Shown: positions 26,521 through 40,762 of the stretch, piece after piece
How the letters are laid out: each line of letters starts with the position of its first letter
Numbering within the stretch: position 1 is the stretch's first letter
Origin: Octopus sinensis
Lineage: Eukaryota
NCBI RefSeq assembly: GCF_006345805.1
Contig: NC_043006.1
Location: 101,680,001 to 101,744,000 of the forward strand
DNA length: 64,000 nt
Direction of reading: 5' to 3'
The notes under the pieces: model-generated
Database searches by the model: none
What the model was told of the DNA's origin: nothing
The model's input: the letters and a program-made list of their open reading frames with translations, nothing else
Made by a program: the position numbers and the translations under genes

Positions 26521-26743
26521 TTAACCCTTTTGTTATTATGTATCTGTTGAAATACACTGTCTTTCTTTTAATTAATTAAAGATAATGAGAATTTAGTAAA
26601 ATATCTGTAAATCTTTAACTGGTGTTAGGAACATAAATATAATGAAATTCTAATTGAAGGTTAGAATTTAAATCACTGTTAAACACAAACTTAGTGTCAC
26701 AAAATTAGGAGCAGTCTCAGGTGAGTTGGAATGGAAGGGTTAA
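26521..26743. mobile_element. MITE family 2
   Basis: ttaacccttttgtt ... gaagggttaa termini; body matches other copies. Confidence 0.85.
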
Positions 26744-26929
26744 TCACCTTCAGTAACCACTAAGGCTGTTTTATTATTCTTTAAATATCAATATTTGAGG
26801 ATGTGTGTGTATATATATATATATACATATATATATTTGCATATACAAATATGTCATGATGTACTCTGCAGCAATCTATGTACATAAATTTTTTACATTA
26901 TTTCTCTCTTCCTCTTTCCCCCTCTGTTT

Positions 26930-27444
26930 CCTTGTTCTACTGGGGTAGCCAAGTATCTCCTCTGTAGTAAGACTGCTATTCTTGACCCTCTGTCATACTC
27001 TAACCTCTTGCCTGGCACACAGCCACTTCTCTCAGTTCCTCTCTCTCTCTCTCTCAGTTATGACCACCTTGTCTTGTGATCCATTTAGCGACCTTACAGG
27101 TCCTGGTGCCACATAAAAAAAACAGCCATGCTGGAGTCAAACAAAAAGCAACTGTACTGGCACCACCTAAAAAGCACCCTCACCACTGCCATGTAAAAAC
27201 CACCTGTGCTGGCACCGTGTAAGGCTTATCCTTGCCACATAAATAGCATCCATGCCAGAACCCATAAAAGCACCCAGTGCACTCTGTAAAGTGATTGGCA
27301 TTAGAAAGGTCATCCAACCATAGAAACCATACTAAAACAAATGACTGAGATCTGGTGCAGCCCTCTGGTTTGTCAGCTCCTATCAAACCATCCAACTCAT
27401 ACCAGCATGAAAAACAGTTGTTAAATGATGATGATGATGATGAT
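26930..27444 (+). mobile_element. Non-coding retroelement with RTE-type 3' tail
   Basis: Body ctctgtcatactctaacc...cttgtcttg...ggtgccacataaaaa; tail ttaaatgatgatgatgat. Confidence 0.75.
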
Positions 27445-27821
27445 ACCTGTGTGAGTACATACATAAACCCACCGCAGTATCAGTGTCCAAAACAGGTGTA
27501 TTATTTAAACAGTTACTAAACATTACATGATTTACCCAAAATATTATGTTGACAACATATCTTGTACAAAGATAATTTATTGTACTCATTAATATTTGTA
27601 ATACATTTACTGTTCAAATATTATTCATTTTTTGACTTTTCTTTGATACAGCATAGAATTATGGCTTGTATTTCAAAAGATAATGAATTAGCTGACTTAA
27701 GTCTGACAATGTTCGCGTATTTTGTTTTACTGAAAGTTTTGTTTAATATCTTAATAAATTCCAATTAGAAATTTCTACATTTTCTTCATATCATCATCAT
27801 CATAACAAACACATCAATAAT

Positions 27822-27826
27822 AATAA

Positions 27827-27882
<56 letters not shown>

Positions 27883-27908
27883 ATAATAATAATAATAATA
27901 ATAATAAT
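27822..27908. repeat. (AAT)n/(ACT)n microsatellite
   Basis: Direct inspection. Confidence 0.95.
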
Positions 27909-28440
27909 TGGCTCTCATGGCTTCTGATCTTAACTGATTGGAAGTGTTATCATGTACATTGTTTTGTCTTGGTATAAAAGATGGGCTACAGCAAATATTC
28001 TGCTCAATACCACAGATTTGCTTGTCAGTTGTTTGACCATAACCAGTTGAGCCTGCCCCTTAGTGGCTGACGATATGTGCATCTCTGATCACGAGCAGAA
28101 GTAGTGGGGGAGCATCATAGCCATGTGTTAAGAGGGATTCTTTGGGGTTTGAATAATTCACCTCTGGAAGCATGGGTGGTTCTTTCAACATCCTTAAACA
28201 ACCCTTATTCAGGGACCTTTTGAGCGGGATGGGCTACTCAACCTGAAGAAAATTCTAACTGGGCCCCACCTGCAAGGTCATGCGCTGTTTACCGTGATAT
28301 GAGATCACCATGTCGCGCACATATAGTTGTGATGCATGTGCCTGGTGTACCCTTATCAGATGGGTAGTCATGATGGATATACTGGGCTTCATATATTTTA
28401 CCCCAGTGTCACTTTGATGGCATGCACTGCCCTCTCACTC
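27909..28440. mobile_element. ~530-bp interspersed element embedded between (AAT)n tracts, family unresolved
   Basis: Sharp rise in GC and CpG content with (AAT)n abutting both ends. It looks to me like a high-copy octopus repeat (recollection, unverified). Confidence 0.6.
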
Positions 28441-28714
28441 AATAATAATAATAATAATGATAATGATAATAGTAATGTTTCAAGAAAATGAATAATTGGT
28501 TTTGTCAACCACTGGCACTTTATTTTAGAGATCTGTAAGAGGTGAAAAGCAAAGTTAATATCTCTTAATGATGATGATAATGATGATAATGGTTGATGGT
28601 GGTGCTAAGACCTGTAATTTTGGTGGGGTTGGGCTAGTTGATTGCATCAACTCCAGTTCTCAACAAAAGGCAAAGTCTACCTCAGTGGGGTTTGAACTTA
28701 GAATGTAAAGTCTT

Positions 28715-29085
28715 TGTACTATGGTATGCTGGGTCACCACTTTGAAGGGCATTTTTGTTTTCACGGTTGGTCAATTGAACCTCATTATGTTTTAAAGCTT
28801 AGTATTTATTCTATCAACCATTTTTTACTGAACTGCTAAGAAACAGGGACAAAAGCAAACTTACACCAGTTGCCAAGTCGTAAGACAAAGACAAACACAA
28901 GTGTGCATGCAGACACACACACATGCATGACTTCTGCAAGGCTCTCATCTACCAAATTCACTCACAAGGCATTGATTGGATGGTACTATAGCAGAAGATT
29001 CTAGTCCCAGCTACTGTGCAGTGGAGCTGAACCTAATATCACATGGTTGCAAAGCAAATTTCTTAACCACACCACCATACTTGTG
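28715..29085 (-). mobile_element. SINE A, degenerate (adjoining a SINE B fragment at ~28575-28715)
   Basis: tatgctgggtcaccactttgaag...accaaattcactcacaaggc...cttaaccacac. Confidence 0.7.
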
Positions 29086-29279
29086 CCTCCTGTCTCTCTC
29101 CCCTTTCTGTTTCCCTTTTTCTCTGTCCCTTAGTACTTGAATACCAAAGATAGAATGATATGCTTTTTATTAAAGCTGAAAAAATCTTCACAAATGCTAT
29201 ATATACTTTTAATAAAATGTGTATATGTATATATATACACTAACTGAAAAGCTGTATTCCATATGGACTTTTAAGCTAG

Positions 29280-29500
29280 CTCCTGTATTGTGGCTTTGTG
29301 TCTGTTTTTGTTCCGCACCACTGCTTCATAACTGGTGTTTGTGTTTTTACTTTCGCAGAACATAGCAGTTCGGTAAAAGGGACCAATAAAAAAAAGTACC
29401 AGGCATAAGAAAAAGAACTGGTGTTGATTTGTTTAATTAAAATTCTTCAAGGCGGTGCACCAGCGTGGCCATAGTCTAATGACTGAAAAAAAATAAAAGA
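29280..29500 (+). mobile_element. SINE A 3' half
   Basis: tagcagttcggtaaaag...aaggcggtgcaccagcgtggcc...atgactgaaa. Confidence 0.7.
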
Positions 29501-31574
29501 ACCACTAAATTCCTTAGTAAAACTTTAAGAGAAGTAACTCTTGTTCACCTATCTCAGTAATACTATGGCAGTTACTTCACCTGGTAGGAATAGAAACCCA
29601 AATGCTTTTAAATCCCAATGCTGGAAGTTCAAGAACCAAATGAAGGACAAATTTTCAATGCTGTGATCATCCTGATTCTATAAAGATATATGTCTATGAA
29701 GAGTAAATATAGGCTGAGATACAGGGCTCCTGGACGGACAAACAGAATTTTGTGTTTATTAATATAGATGTATAAGAATTATCAGTTTAGCACTAAATGA
29801 AAATTAATGACTAGGAATTGAACCTAGATGGTCCACTTGTTGCTGGAAATTTATTACTCTATTACACTGCACCATTTGCCATAAACTAATATCATTATCA
29901 GCATCTTCAGCCTCTTCAAAATTGTTCCCAACATCATTGCTAACATCATCTTCTATTGTCATTTGGTAGATTTGGCTACTTTGTTTGCCAAAGTTAAAAC
30001 AACAAAAACTTGAACAAAAGCTATCATTCCATCATATGAATGATAGCTTCAGATTCCTTCCTACAAAGATGTTTAGTAAAATTTGTCATATCATATATCA
30101 TTCTTTCAAACTCTTTCTATCATGTTGTGACACATGGTTATTATGACGTACATAATTTGACATCTATGTCAAGTTCTACATCGCTGCACAGTTTTCTTGT
30201 TAAATTCTCAGTGGGCGAGTTCAAAATCAAAAGCATCATTCTTATTGTGTAAGTAGGTAGAAAGGGTATGGACTGATACAAATTACTTTACTCAACTTAA
30301 CATAGTTAACTTACCTTAAAAAATATGGTAACATTCACACTTTACAGTTAGATTTTTATTACAAGGAAAAAAAAAATATTGTTGTAGACATAGAGAGACA
30401 GGTGGGGGGAGAGAAAACAAAAGAAAGAGGTGTATCAGTTCATGTGCAAATATCCAATTTATCTGATCTAGTCAATTTATGAAGCTAGAATTAATAAAAA
30501 AAATAGATAATAAATAGATATAATATGCCTATGCAGCCAATTTGTGATGTTAACATTGATAAAAATAGATGTAAAAACCATAAAACAGAAGTGTGGAAAC
30601 AAAAAATATAAAAGATATTTAATAATTTTAAGAGAATATAGTAAATAAGTCTTCACCCCCGTTAATATAAAAGGAATAAAGATTCTATTTATATGTGTAT
30701 ACTTTTAGATATGTTTGTATGTGAAATGGTGTAGAGTTGTGTGAGATAGAAGGTTGTTGCTATGGGGCTTTATTGGGAAATAAAATAAACAAATGCAACA
30801 AAATATTTGGAATACAGAAAATGGAAAAATAGCATCCTGTGTAACAAAATATTTTTGGAGAAAAATAAATTCTTGAGAAAGGAGAATGAGAATAGAATTG
30901 CGTGGTTTGTGGTTCATACCTTATTGTAATGTTTTAAGGGTGCAGGTGAAATTAATTAGGTTCAGATGGAAACGGAAGCTAATTCCTAGGCTTGGCCAGT
31001 AGTACTTGTTCTGGCACTCACAAATATGGAAAGCAGAATATGAAATATTGAAACATATTAAAAGAGCTAGATGTGTTTCTGCTTTTTATTTATCTCTTCG
31101 GTAATTGTACAGGAATCAGTCCTTTCTTTAACTTAAGTTGTAGATAGAAAGTGAGTAAGATTTTCTGATTTTATGACCAATGCTGGCAATAGAACTTGAA
31201 CCTGAAGCATTTTGATCAATTTCAGTCATAAACTTTATTCCCTTAGGTCATACAAAACTTGAGCTCTGTGCATGTAAATTAGTTTATTTGAATTATTTTT
31301 ATTATTCTCAATGTGTATGTATTTGGGTTTGATTATAGTTATGAATTCCATATAAATTGATAGTTGAAGATTACTAAATCTCTAATCCTTATAATTTACA
31401 GCAAAGATAGCTGCAAAGTTTTATAAGAAACCAAATATATTCGGATACCAGACATGTTATTTGATCTGTATATTGTTTTCAGTAGCCATTAACTTGTAAA
31501 ATGCGCAGCAGGGTGTGTTTCTATATGTACATAAATGTTGCTCTATCTATATGTGTTTACACTCACAGAACATT

Positions 31575-31632
31575 GTGCATGTATATGCATATATATATAT
31601 ACATATATATATAGAGAGAGAGAGAGTGAGAG

Positions 31633-31684
<52 letters not shown>
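31575..31684. repeat. (TA)n/(GA)n/(GATA)n microsatellite
   Basis: Direct inspection. Confidence 0.9.
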
Positions 31685-31685
<1 letters not shown>

Positions 31686-32439
31686 TAAAAGCGGAAAAGC
31701 CATAAAAATAGAAATATTCATGTCTCGTGTCATCTGAGAGAATAGTGATATTAAGAAGTTAATGGTTAATTATTGTCCTTTACCTCTGATAGATATTAAA
31801 ACGAGAGTAGACATCACTTCAGAATACAGGCATATTTTAATGGTATGTTATATAGTTTCTGATGAGAAAGTTTCAGACAAGGAGCTTTCTAATACAATTT
31901 ACTGCAGAGCAATCTATCCTATGCTTAGAGATTTTCTTGTGACCTTCTTCACCTTTACAAGTTGCCATAATTTTAAATACTATATTTAACCTTCTATTCT
32001 GATGTTTTATACCATCATAGTGGCTTCTCAATTCAGATTGTGCTCAGGTATCTGTTACCTGTTGTTTGTTCACTTGAGTGTTAACAAAATAGTACCAGTA
32101 ATATGGTTGAGGATTGGTGACAGGAAGAGCACCTATCCATAGAAAAAAATCCACAAGTCCCTTCTGGTCTGTGCAAGTTTTGAAAAGTATGCATTAAATC
32201 AATGATGAAGAAGAAGAATGTACCAAATTCTTAAGCAGTCATCTCTTTCTGTTGTTGATGTTTTTATAGTTCAGGGTCAGCTGCAAAATTATATGCATGC
32301 ACAATGCACATGCACGTATGCACCCTCTCCCCCAACACACATTTATGTATATGCGCCATGGACACTCCCATCGTTATACAACAGATGAGGGTTCTGCAAT
32401 TTCTTATTGAAGAACCACACATATGATTTCTTTACAATG

Positions 32440-32660
32440 ATCAAATGTTTGTGTTCACATAAGCTTACTCCTGCCATCAAATTGACATTACCTGTACAGG
32501 TGCGCAACATGCCACATGTCAGATGATGAATTGATTGTAGAGCAACATGAAATGACGTGTTTTGCTCATGAACACATTGTGAACACAGCACAACACCTCG
32601 TCTGGGAATCAAACCACGATTTTGTAATTGTGAGTGTGACACCCTAATCACTGAGCCATA
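32440..32660 (-). mobile_element. SINE C
   Basis: Reverse complement head tggctcagtgattagggtgtcacactcacaatt...ggtttgattcccaga; homologous to 45700-45854. Confidence 0.75.
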
Positions 32661-32671
32661 TTCCTTGACTC

Positions 32672-32707
32672 TGTGTGTGTGTGTGTGTGTGTGTGTATTA
32701 CTACTAT

Positions 32708-32748
<41 letters not shown>

Positions 32749-32965
32749 ATAATAATAATAATAATAATATAATAATAATAACAATAATAATAATAATAAT
32801 AATAATGATATTGATGATAATAATAATGATAATAATATTGATAATAATAATAATAATAATAATGATAATAATAATAATAATGATAATATAATAATGATAA
32901 TAATAATGATGATAATATAATAATAATAATGATAATAATAATAATAATAATAATTATAATAATAA
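32672..32965. repeat. (GT)n-(ACT)n-(AAT/GAT)n compound microsatellite
   Basis: Direct inspection. Confidence 0.95.
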
Positions 32966-35632
32966 TGAAAGAAATAAAGGAATTATTCTTTCATTTATTT
33001 ATATACCAGTAGAGAAAGTCTTCAAATTTTCAAATGAAATAAAATAAATTAAGATAGAAACATAATTACATTCAAGAATTTGTCAAGCACTTGAGAACGT
33101 GTATACTTCTGCTAAGGGTATGGTGCAAATTGAATAGTATATGGCAGTCGTGCGACTTTTTTAGGGCCATCTATGACAGTAATGTCAAGTTAAGTGCTCA
33201 TCAAAGTGCCATTTGATCAGAGAGGATTGGCACCGCTGATAAGTCAGTTTGGTTATGTGATAAGTGTGATGAAGTGCTGTTAGGTTTCTTAACTAATTTT
33301 GGTCGAGAATAGTGTTTACATTCTCATTTATTACATTACATCTTTTTCAAGGAGATCAAAGGGAACAGAATACATAGACAATAGGCTGAGCATGTCTCTT
33401 ATTACTATCATAGTTGACCCTAAAATGTCAGATTATTCAATTTGTATCGCCCCTTTGCAACCCTCATATGAGCCTACTTTTCTGTATATTAAGGAAATTG
33501 AACTTTCTACCTTTCGTAGATATATAACTATTCTCAATCGCTAGAAAGTTCTTAAATGTAATGACATAAATATGTTATTTTCATTTCATTTCCTTCGGAA
33601 ATTTGAATACTTTCAGAATGTGTATATAAAAACTTAATTTCTTCTGACTGGCATTAATTTTATTATTAATATACTATCTTGCTGGAGAGAGTCCATGTAA
33701 ATATACTATGGAATACTTGGCATAAGCCAGGCTGGAAAGTAGCTATAAATGGTCTGGAATGATTCTTCACGTAGGCATTTTCTGTGTACTAACACACTAT
33801 TAGATTTCTCTTGACAATTTATCTACTATGTAAGAAATAAAATTGTTTTTTCCACTATGTTCATAACAGTCTGGTGTGTAGTGCACTGTGTTGGAAGTTA
33901 CAGATCAATATTAATAGTATGTTTTGGGTTTTAATTATGTAATTGACATGTAACTAATTCAAGTATACAAAAAAGGTTTATTGTAAGTAAAAACAGTTTT
34001 ATTCTGTTTGAAACTATTATTGAACATAATATTTTATCTACTTTATGGATGAACCGTTTAATAACACACAAAGCTTTGAATATGCAGGACTGTGACTTTG
34101 TCGTTGGCACCATTTTACTGCAACTGTGTCAGTGATCATGCTGTAGTTGTGCAATGAAGATTTTGGTACATTGTGAAATAGATTTTAGTTTAAAAGGAAT
34201 TTAACAGCTTTGGGTATTACTAAATGACTAGAATGGCTGCTTCAGTTTTAACATGTGATCTCTGGTCAAATCACTTGCCAGACAAGTACAACTCTGAAAT
34301 ATTATTTTTTTTTATGATTTATTTTTAAAATTCTTTAATTTTTAAAATCATTTGAAAAATGAGTAGAAACAGGAGTGCTGGGAGATGAACCTCTTATGGA
34401 AATCAAATGATTTGTGGAAACTGGAGTGCCTGAAGGGAATCCACACATCCCAATATTGGAACTGCAAAACATGCAGCAATAAAGAAATGATATTAAGAAT
34501 TACACTGGATCCCAGCTTATATGATATTAGTTGTGTAACCATCATAGCCTTGGGAATTCTAAACACTCATGTCAGCATCTCTTGATAAAAAAATGTTTTT
34601 GGTTTTATCAGCAGAGATTATGGAGGATGTCTTCATAAATGTAGCCAAGAGCAAAGCAGGATCCTCAAAACATACTCCAGCAACATATATTTTTTGCATT
34701 TGGAATCTATTAACTGACATGGTAAATCTAAGGCCAACTTGGAAACTGAAGTTTTCTAAATCAAAAGGGTACAACTACTGGTATGAGTGGAATATTGAAT
34801 ATATTTGCATCCTCTCCGCTGGCATACTCAGTATGAATAGTAGTCACTATATTTTTGTGGTAGAAGGTTCTTATCCATTAATTTTGTAGTTGAAATAAAT
34901 TATACAGTAGTATTAAAAGGATTCCTTTTTTTTTCTTTTTTGGGCTGAAGGCTTTGTGGCAGCAAACCTAAAAGTTCCAAAGAATTTTAGAACTTCTGCT
35001 GATTAGTGAATTACTTTTTCCTGATCTATAGCAGTCTCTATTGATTTGTAGCTATATGCTTATATTCATACAGCTCTTGCAGCCTCTGTTGAACTATGCT
35101 GCCCTCTATGTCCAAAGGTGTACTCTTCTACTACCAAAGTAAAAAATCAATTTTGGGGAAATGCTCAAAAGCGGAGCTGCTGTTGTTGCATAATTCTCAA
35201 GAAAATTATGTGCTACATTTGTCTAATAAAAAAAAAGAGAAAAAGTAAAAATAATGAAATGAAATTAGAGGTAGCAAGTCATCTGAGGACCTATGGTAGG
35301 AATGCTATAGAAACTTGTTACAGGAATATGTCTCTATTGATAAATTAAGTTGATGCATGTGTGTGTGTGTATGTGTGTTAATGAGAGATTTGTAAACTGG
35401 ATAAAGCTATTTATTTTGCAAGTAGTTCTTGAAGTTTAGATATTGTGTGTAGTAATGTTCAACTTGAGTAGTTTTGTCATCTAAAGGTACGTTTTATACC
35501 TGAGAAGGAAGTGATATTGGTTTTGAGATTCTGTCGTTATATATTACATTCTTATTCATTGGGCAACTAAAAATATAACCAAGAATATGTAAATACATCT
35601 CATTCAAACTGAAAGAAATAAAATTGCAAGAA

Positions 35633-35641
35633 TTATTATTA

Positions 35642-35684
<43 letters not shown>

Positions 35685-35753
35685 CATCATCATTATCATT
35701 ATTGTTATCATCATCATCATCATCATCATTATTATTATTATTATTATTATCAT

Positions 35754-35785
<32 letters not shown>

Positions 35786-35840
35786 TTATTATTATTATTA
35801 TCATCATTATTATTATTATTATTATTATATTATTATTATA

Positions 35841-35871
<31 letters not shown>

Positions 35872-35902
35872 CATTATTATTATTATTATTATTATTATCA
35901 TT

Positions 35903-35933
<31 letters not shown>

Positions 35934-35974
35934 TTATCATTATTATTATTATTATTATTATCATTATTATTATT
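35633..35974. repeat. (ATT)n/(ATC)n microsatellite, ~340 bp
   Basis: Direct inspection; it explains the poly-I and poly-L ORFs. Confidence 0.95.
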
Positions 35975-37579
35975 GCTGTGGACTGTTTTTGAAAGGATTA
36001 CTATAAAGAACTGTTTTCTAGGTCTGAATTATTCAGTGTAATTTTTATTCCACATTGCCTTTTCCATTTGTTATTTATTATATACGTCTTTTTTGTTGTT
36101 GCTGTTGTTGTTTTTTAAATACATAAAACATATGTTGCAACTAGTTGTTGAATTTCGGGTAATGCAGGAGATAAAAGGAATGTTTTGATTGAATGTAATA
36201 TATAGTGTTTGTATTCCTCTTATCTAACAGAAAAAAAAATGTTAAATAATATAGTTATGTATTCCTTCCTCTTCACTTTGACATACACACAGAAACAGTA
36301 AATGATGCAGAAATTGCTGTTACTTGAGCTTCTCTGCAGTTGTATTTTGATTTCATATTTCGTATTATCTTCATGGATCCATTTATTTATCAATATGTTT
36401 TTGTACATGTTGTATTGCTACATTACATGCTTAATGTATATGAAATGAATGTTTGCAAAATAAGAAAAGGGAAAATACAGTTTACCAATATGAGAAAGAT
36501 TTGATGATATTGTTGTTATATCCTTGTTGCCTGGATCTTTAGAGAATAAATTATTGAATTTCTTGTTCTAAGGTAGTGAAAAGGTTTTAGCTTATTGCAG
36601 GAATGACTTTGTAGTTGGAGGATAATTATATACTTATACGGTTTTGTTAAGAAATTATCATTTCTATACACCAATGTATTTCAATATTGCTCGGATGCCA
36701 TATCTTCTCTAACTATGGGAGAGAAAACTGAACTGATCTGCTGAAATCTTTTCCTGACTTTGAAATTCCTTACTTAAGTGAATCTTGTTTTGATTGGGAA
36801 TTCAAAGTATTTTGTATACTTGCTAAAATTTGAGGACATAATTTTGTTGTCTGCATCTAGTTGTTCACTTTACTTGCATTGCAAATCCTTAGCACATTAA
36901 AAGCATTCTTTTAACTATGTATCATAATTCCTGAACCTGTTTTTTGACTGAAAGAACTAAGTAGAGTAGATATAGTAAACCTGGAATCTGATTAAAAATA
37001 AGTGGTAGAGGGGTAAATTTCAAAAACTGAAATTGTATTACATATCTTTAGGTTGGAGAACTCACCAAAGGATAGTAAATTGTTATCAAAGCCTTGAACA
37101 AGATGTGATAACATTTTTAATATTTACAATTGAAAACATCTCAAGAATTCACACCATACTAGAAAAAAAAGAAAAAAAGAAAAGAAGTGATTTCATACAT
37201 TCAGATATGAAGGAAAAATCATTGGATTTGGTTTTAATTTGAAAACAAGAGTATTTTTCCATACAAGTTACCATGGAGTAATCATTCTAGTAAGACTGAA
37301 ACTTCCATTTAAAATCTCTTGGCTTACTTTCAATAAAAAGTGACGGCTACTGTCAATGGAAGTAAAGGCAACTGATGTAAAAGTGAGGACTGCTGTCAAT
37401 AAAACTGAAGGCAGCAATTATAGAATTAGTACTTTTATGATGTGAACAAATCAATGGAAGTAGCTAAAAATTCCATTATATTTACTGAATAATTATGTGG
37501 TTAAAAAGTTCATTTTACAGGTTTTTGGCCTCATCCCTCTGCTTGATATCTTGAGCAAATGTTTAGGTTGAACAGAGCC

Positions 37580-37808
37580 TTAACCCTTTAGTGTTCACAT
37601 TATTCTGCCAAAATTAATGCTTTTTCATCCACTTTGTTTTGAACTAATGATGCATTATCTTGTAGTTATGAGATTTTGATGAGGTAGCTGTTAATTTTTA
37701 AAACAATATTGTAGGGTTTGTGTGAGAGACCAGATCTGGCCAATTTGAACATAAAACAAGCAGAATACTTTTGGCCGGATATGGCCGGTTTAAATGCTAA
37801 AGGGTTAA
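37580..37808. mobile_element. MITE family 1, uninterrupted copy (opposite orientation to the split copies)
   Basis: ttaaccctttag ... ctaaagggttaa forms a perfect 12-bp inverted terminus including TTAA. Confidence 0.9.
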
Positions 37809-40001
37809 GAGTGCATTTGTGTGGAAGTAAACTGTATCAAATGGACTGCACTTACTTTTGGGTGTCACTTTTAATCTGCTACAACATTTAACCCCAACTT
37901 CTTTCCCTTTGGGTATATTAGCTTACCATATCTCTGGCCTGCAGATAACTCGATTTGTTCAAACAGTTTTACTACTATAGGACACATGGTTTCTTCTTCT
38001 CTGTCCTTCTATTGTCTCAGAAAGTGGAAAGAAAGAGAGGAAGAACTTGCAAAAGGTTGTGTGAGTTGCCCTTCTCTTTCTAACTTAAACAATCAAAAAT
38101 GTTTTTTTTCGTTTAAAATCATGTATTTATGAAGAAAAATGTATCAATAAATCCAAGTTGGTACATTTCTACCCATCTATTATTCTGATATTTTTCTAAC
38201 CCATGTATTTTGAATATTCATAATAGCATAAAGATTTTGTCATACTCATTTATGTGTTAATGCGTCATCTAAATATAATAAAAGATTTAAAAGATAAGGG
38301 TTATGTGATCATGATGTTAATCTATTGACTTTATGATTATCATTTGAAACCTTACATTATATATTGTGTTCCTGAAGAAGGCATATGTTTAGCCAGTTTT
38401 ATTTTCTTCAGGTTATTTGGATGATGATAGGTTCCACTCCAAAAGCATAGATGTTTGTTCAGGAAAGAAAAGTAGTTTCAAAAATGTGTAAATGTTTAAA
38501 TACGGAATAATCATCCATACTGTGTTGTCCTAGGAGAATGGATGTTAAGCAGTAAATAGTAACCGGAATTCAGATATTTACTGAGTAAAAAGCATTCAAT
38601 TTAGAACAGTGTTTTACTGCTAAACCACTGTATTGCCTTTCATAGCCTTTAATGATTCTTGACTGAGGTTAAGAGATTTCTTATCTTACTTCTTTACCTC
38701 TGGAGTTGAACAACTTATGTGTGGTAGAATATGGAATGGAATAAACCTGGAAATATGGATCAATATAGGAACCAAAACAAAAGTACCTTGTTTGTTTGCA
38801 TATAATAATATATTCATTTATATATGTGTTTGTTAATTCTACTCTTTATCTCAAGTTTCCCTGGCAACATGGGGAGTGCAGTTGGATTCAATTTACATTT
38901 GAGATCTGGGACGAGGAATCCAATAAGAATGCAATATTAATGATATTTGGATAATTTTGTTTATATTTTTTGGCTTTTTAATAGTTGAATTTTTTCTTCT
39001 ATATACCATTAAAATGTGTAGAGTATCTATTGGTTATTGGAAATACTGATATTTTAACAGCCTCTCTCTCTCTCAATACACACATACACAGGCCACTCAC
39101 ATACACATAGATCTTGAAGTTGTAGTCATAGATTTTCTCTCTTTTTTTACCACTGTTTGTTTGCTAATACTTCCATCAGATAACATATCTCTATTTATTT
39201 AACTGTGTGTGTATGTGTATCCAGTTATATATATTTATATATATATATGTGTGTGTGTGTGTGCATGTTTGTATATAAATATTCATGTGTAGAAATGTAT
39301 GAAATGTACATGTTTTCTATGACACATCGAATTTTGCAAACAAGGAGAAATGTGAGTACTCAAAACGAGACATGGAGTTTTGTATTTATTAAAAACTGAC
39401 TTCGCTAATCATTACTCTGAGTTCGTGTTTTCAGTCAGAAATGTGAAACTTAGAATAACAGTTGATGACATTTTTAGATTCCTATATATTTATATGAGGG
39501 AGAGAGAGGATGAAAGTGAGGAAGACAGACACACACATAAACATGTACACACAATTGTATAGTCTGTGTATTATATTTATATATGTGTATTTGTGTATGT
39601 TTTTATGCATAGATGTAGTTGTATATATGTATGTGTATGCATGTATGTGTTTGAGTATGTATTTATTTTGTGTGCGTATAACTAGGTATATATGTACTTC
39701 TTTCTAAGGTATGTACATATATACATGTATATGTATGTATTGTCTTTTGGAAAGAAACTTTATCCAATCTATTGGATTGAGTTTAGTTACGTAGTCTTCT
39801 GCTTTTAATAATATTTTCAATATTTCAAGTAACATAGTTTGATTATTGCATTTTTGAGAAATATTGAAAATTTTTTTCTCTCGTGTTTTGCTATTTTATT
39901 GTTTGTAAATAAAATTTATTGGAATATTTCCTGTAAAGTTTCCTTGGGAATTTTCCTTTTTAAAATCCTTTTTCATTGTGTATTGCTGTTACATAAAGTA
40001 C

Positions 40002-40230
40002 AAGGCCTAGTGGTTAAGATGTTGAGCTCTCAGTGATCATGGGTTTGATTCCCAGACTAGGCTATGCATTGTGTATTTCAGCAAGACAAGTTTAATTAAA
40101 TGGAATGAGTACAAGCAGTAGCTTAAATTACAGTGGAATGGTATCTATCAAGCAGAAGAATCTTGCATTTTTAGTTGCATGTACACCTTGGAAAATAGAA
40201 TAAGCTCTGGCCCTATGATCTTCTAGATAT
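40002..40230 (+). mobile_element. SINE C, degenerate
   Basis: ggcctagtggttaag (A-box-like), gggtttgattccc (B-box-like). Confidence 0.6.
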
Positions 40231-40554
40231 CAGATAGACTTGAACTATTTTTGATATTGCAGAAATGAAATGGGAGAGAACAGTATCAAATATGATATCA
40301 TTGAAGTCAACACAGTTATTACTACTGTTTTGTGTATTCATCGTCATCGTCATCATCGTCATCATTTCACTGCCTACTTTTTCAAACTTGCATGCATCAG
40401 CTGTAATTCATTGAGACAGGTTTTTTTTCTATGTCCTTCTTGTTGCCAATCTTCACCTGGTGATATTTCCCATGGCTACACATTTCAAAAGCAAGTGTGC
40501 AGTAAAGATCTGATGGTTACACTCATTTTAAACATTTGTGTGATGTAAAACAAA

Positions 40555-40762
40555 GAAACACAAGCATGTGCATAATGCACACGCAGACATGCTTGGAGGC
40601 TTCTTTTAGTTTCCATCTATCAAATCCACCTACAAGTATTTGGTCGACTCAGAGATATAGAAGAAGACACTTACTCACCCAAGGTGCCATGCAATGGCAC
40701 TGAACCAGAAATCATGTGATCGGGAAGCAAATTTCTTAACTACATTGCCATGCTTGCACCTA
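40555..40762 (-). mobile_element. SINE A 5' half
   Basis: ggcttcttttagtttccatctatcaaatccac...gaagacactt...cccaaggtgcc. Confidence 0.75.

Noticed and set aside
33100-33300. Possible miRNA precursor or enhancer (CpG-containing unique stretch with two tgataag motifs)
   Set aside because: No long hairpin and no conserved miRNA that I recognise; a regulatory role cannot be supported from sequence alone.
34385-34889. Two adjacent plus-strand ORFs and a splice-bounded segment at 34612-34721
   Set aside because: No recognisable motif and no partner exons; splice-like signals of this strength occur by chance at this AT content.
38371-38412. cctgaagaaggc...gcc half-hammerhead and a 9-bp inverted repeat
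   Set aside because: The GAAA box is absent and stems I and III are not evident; probably a decayed repeat.
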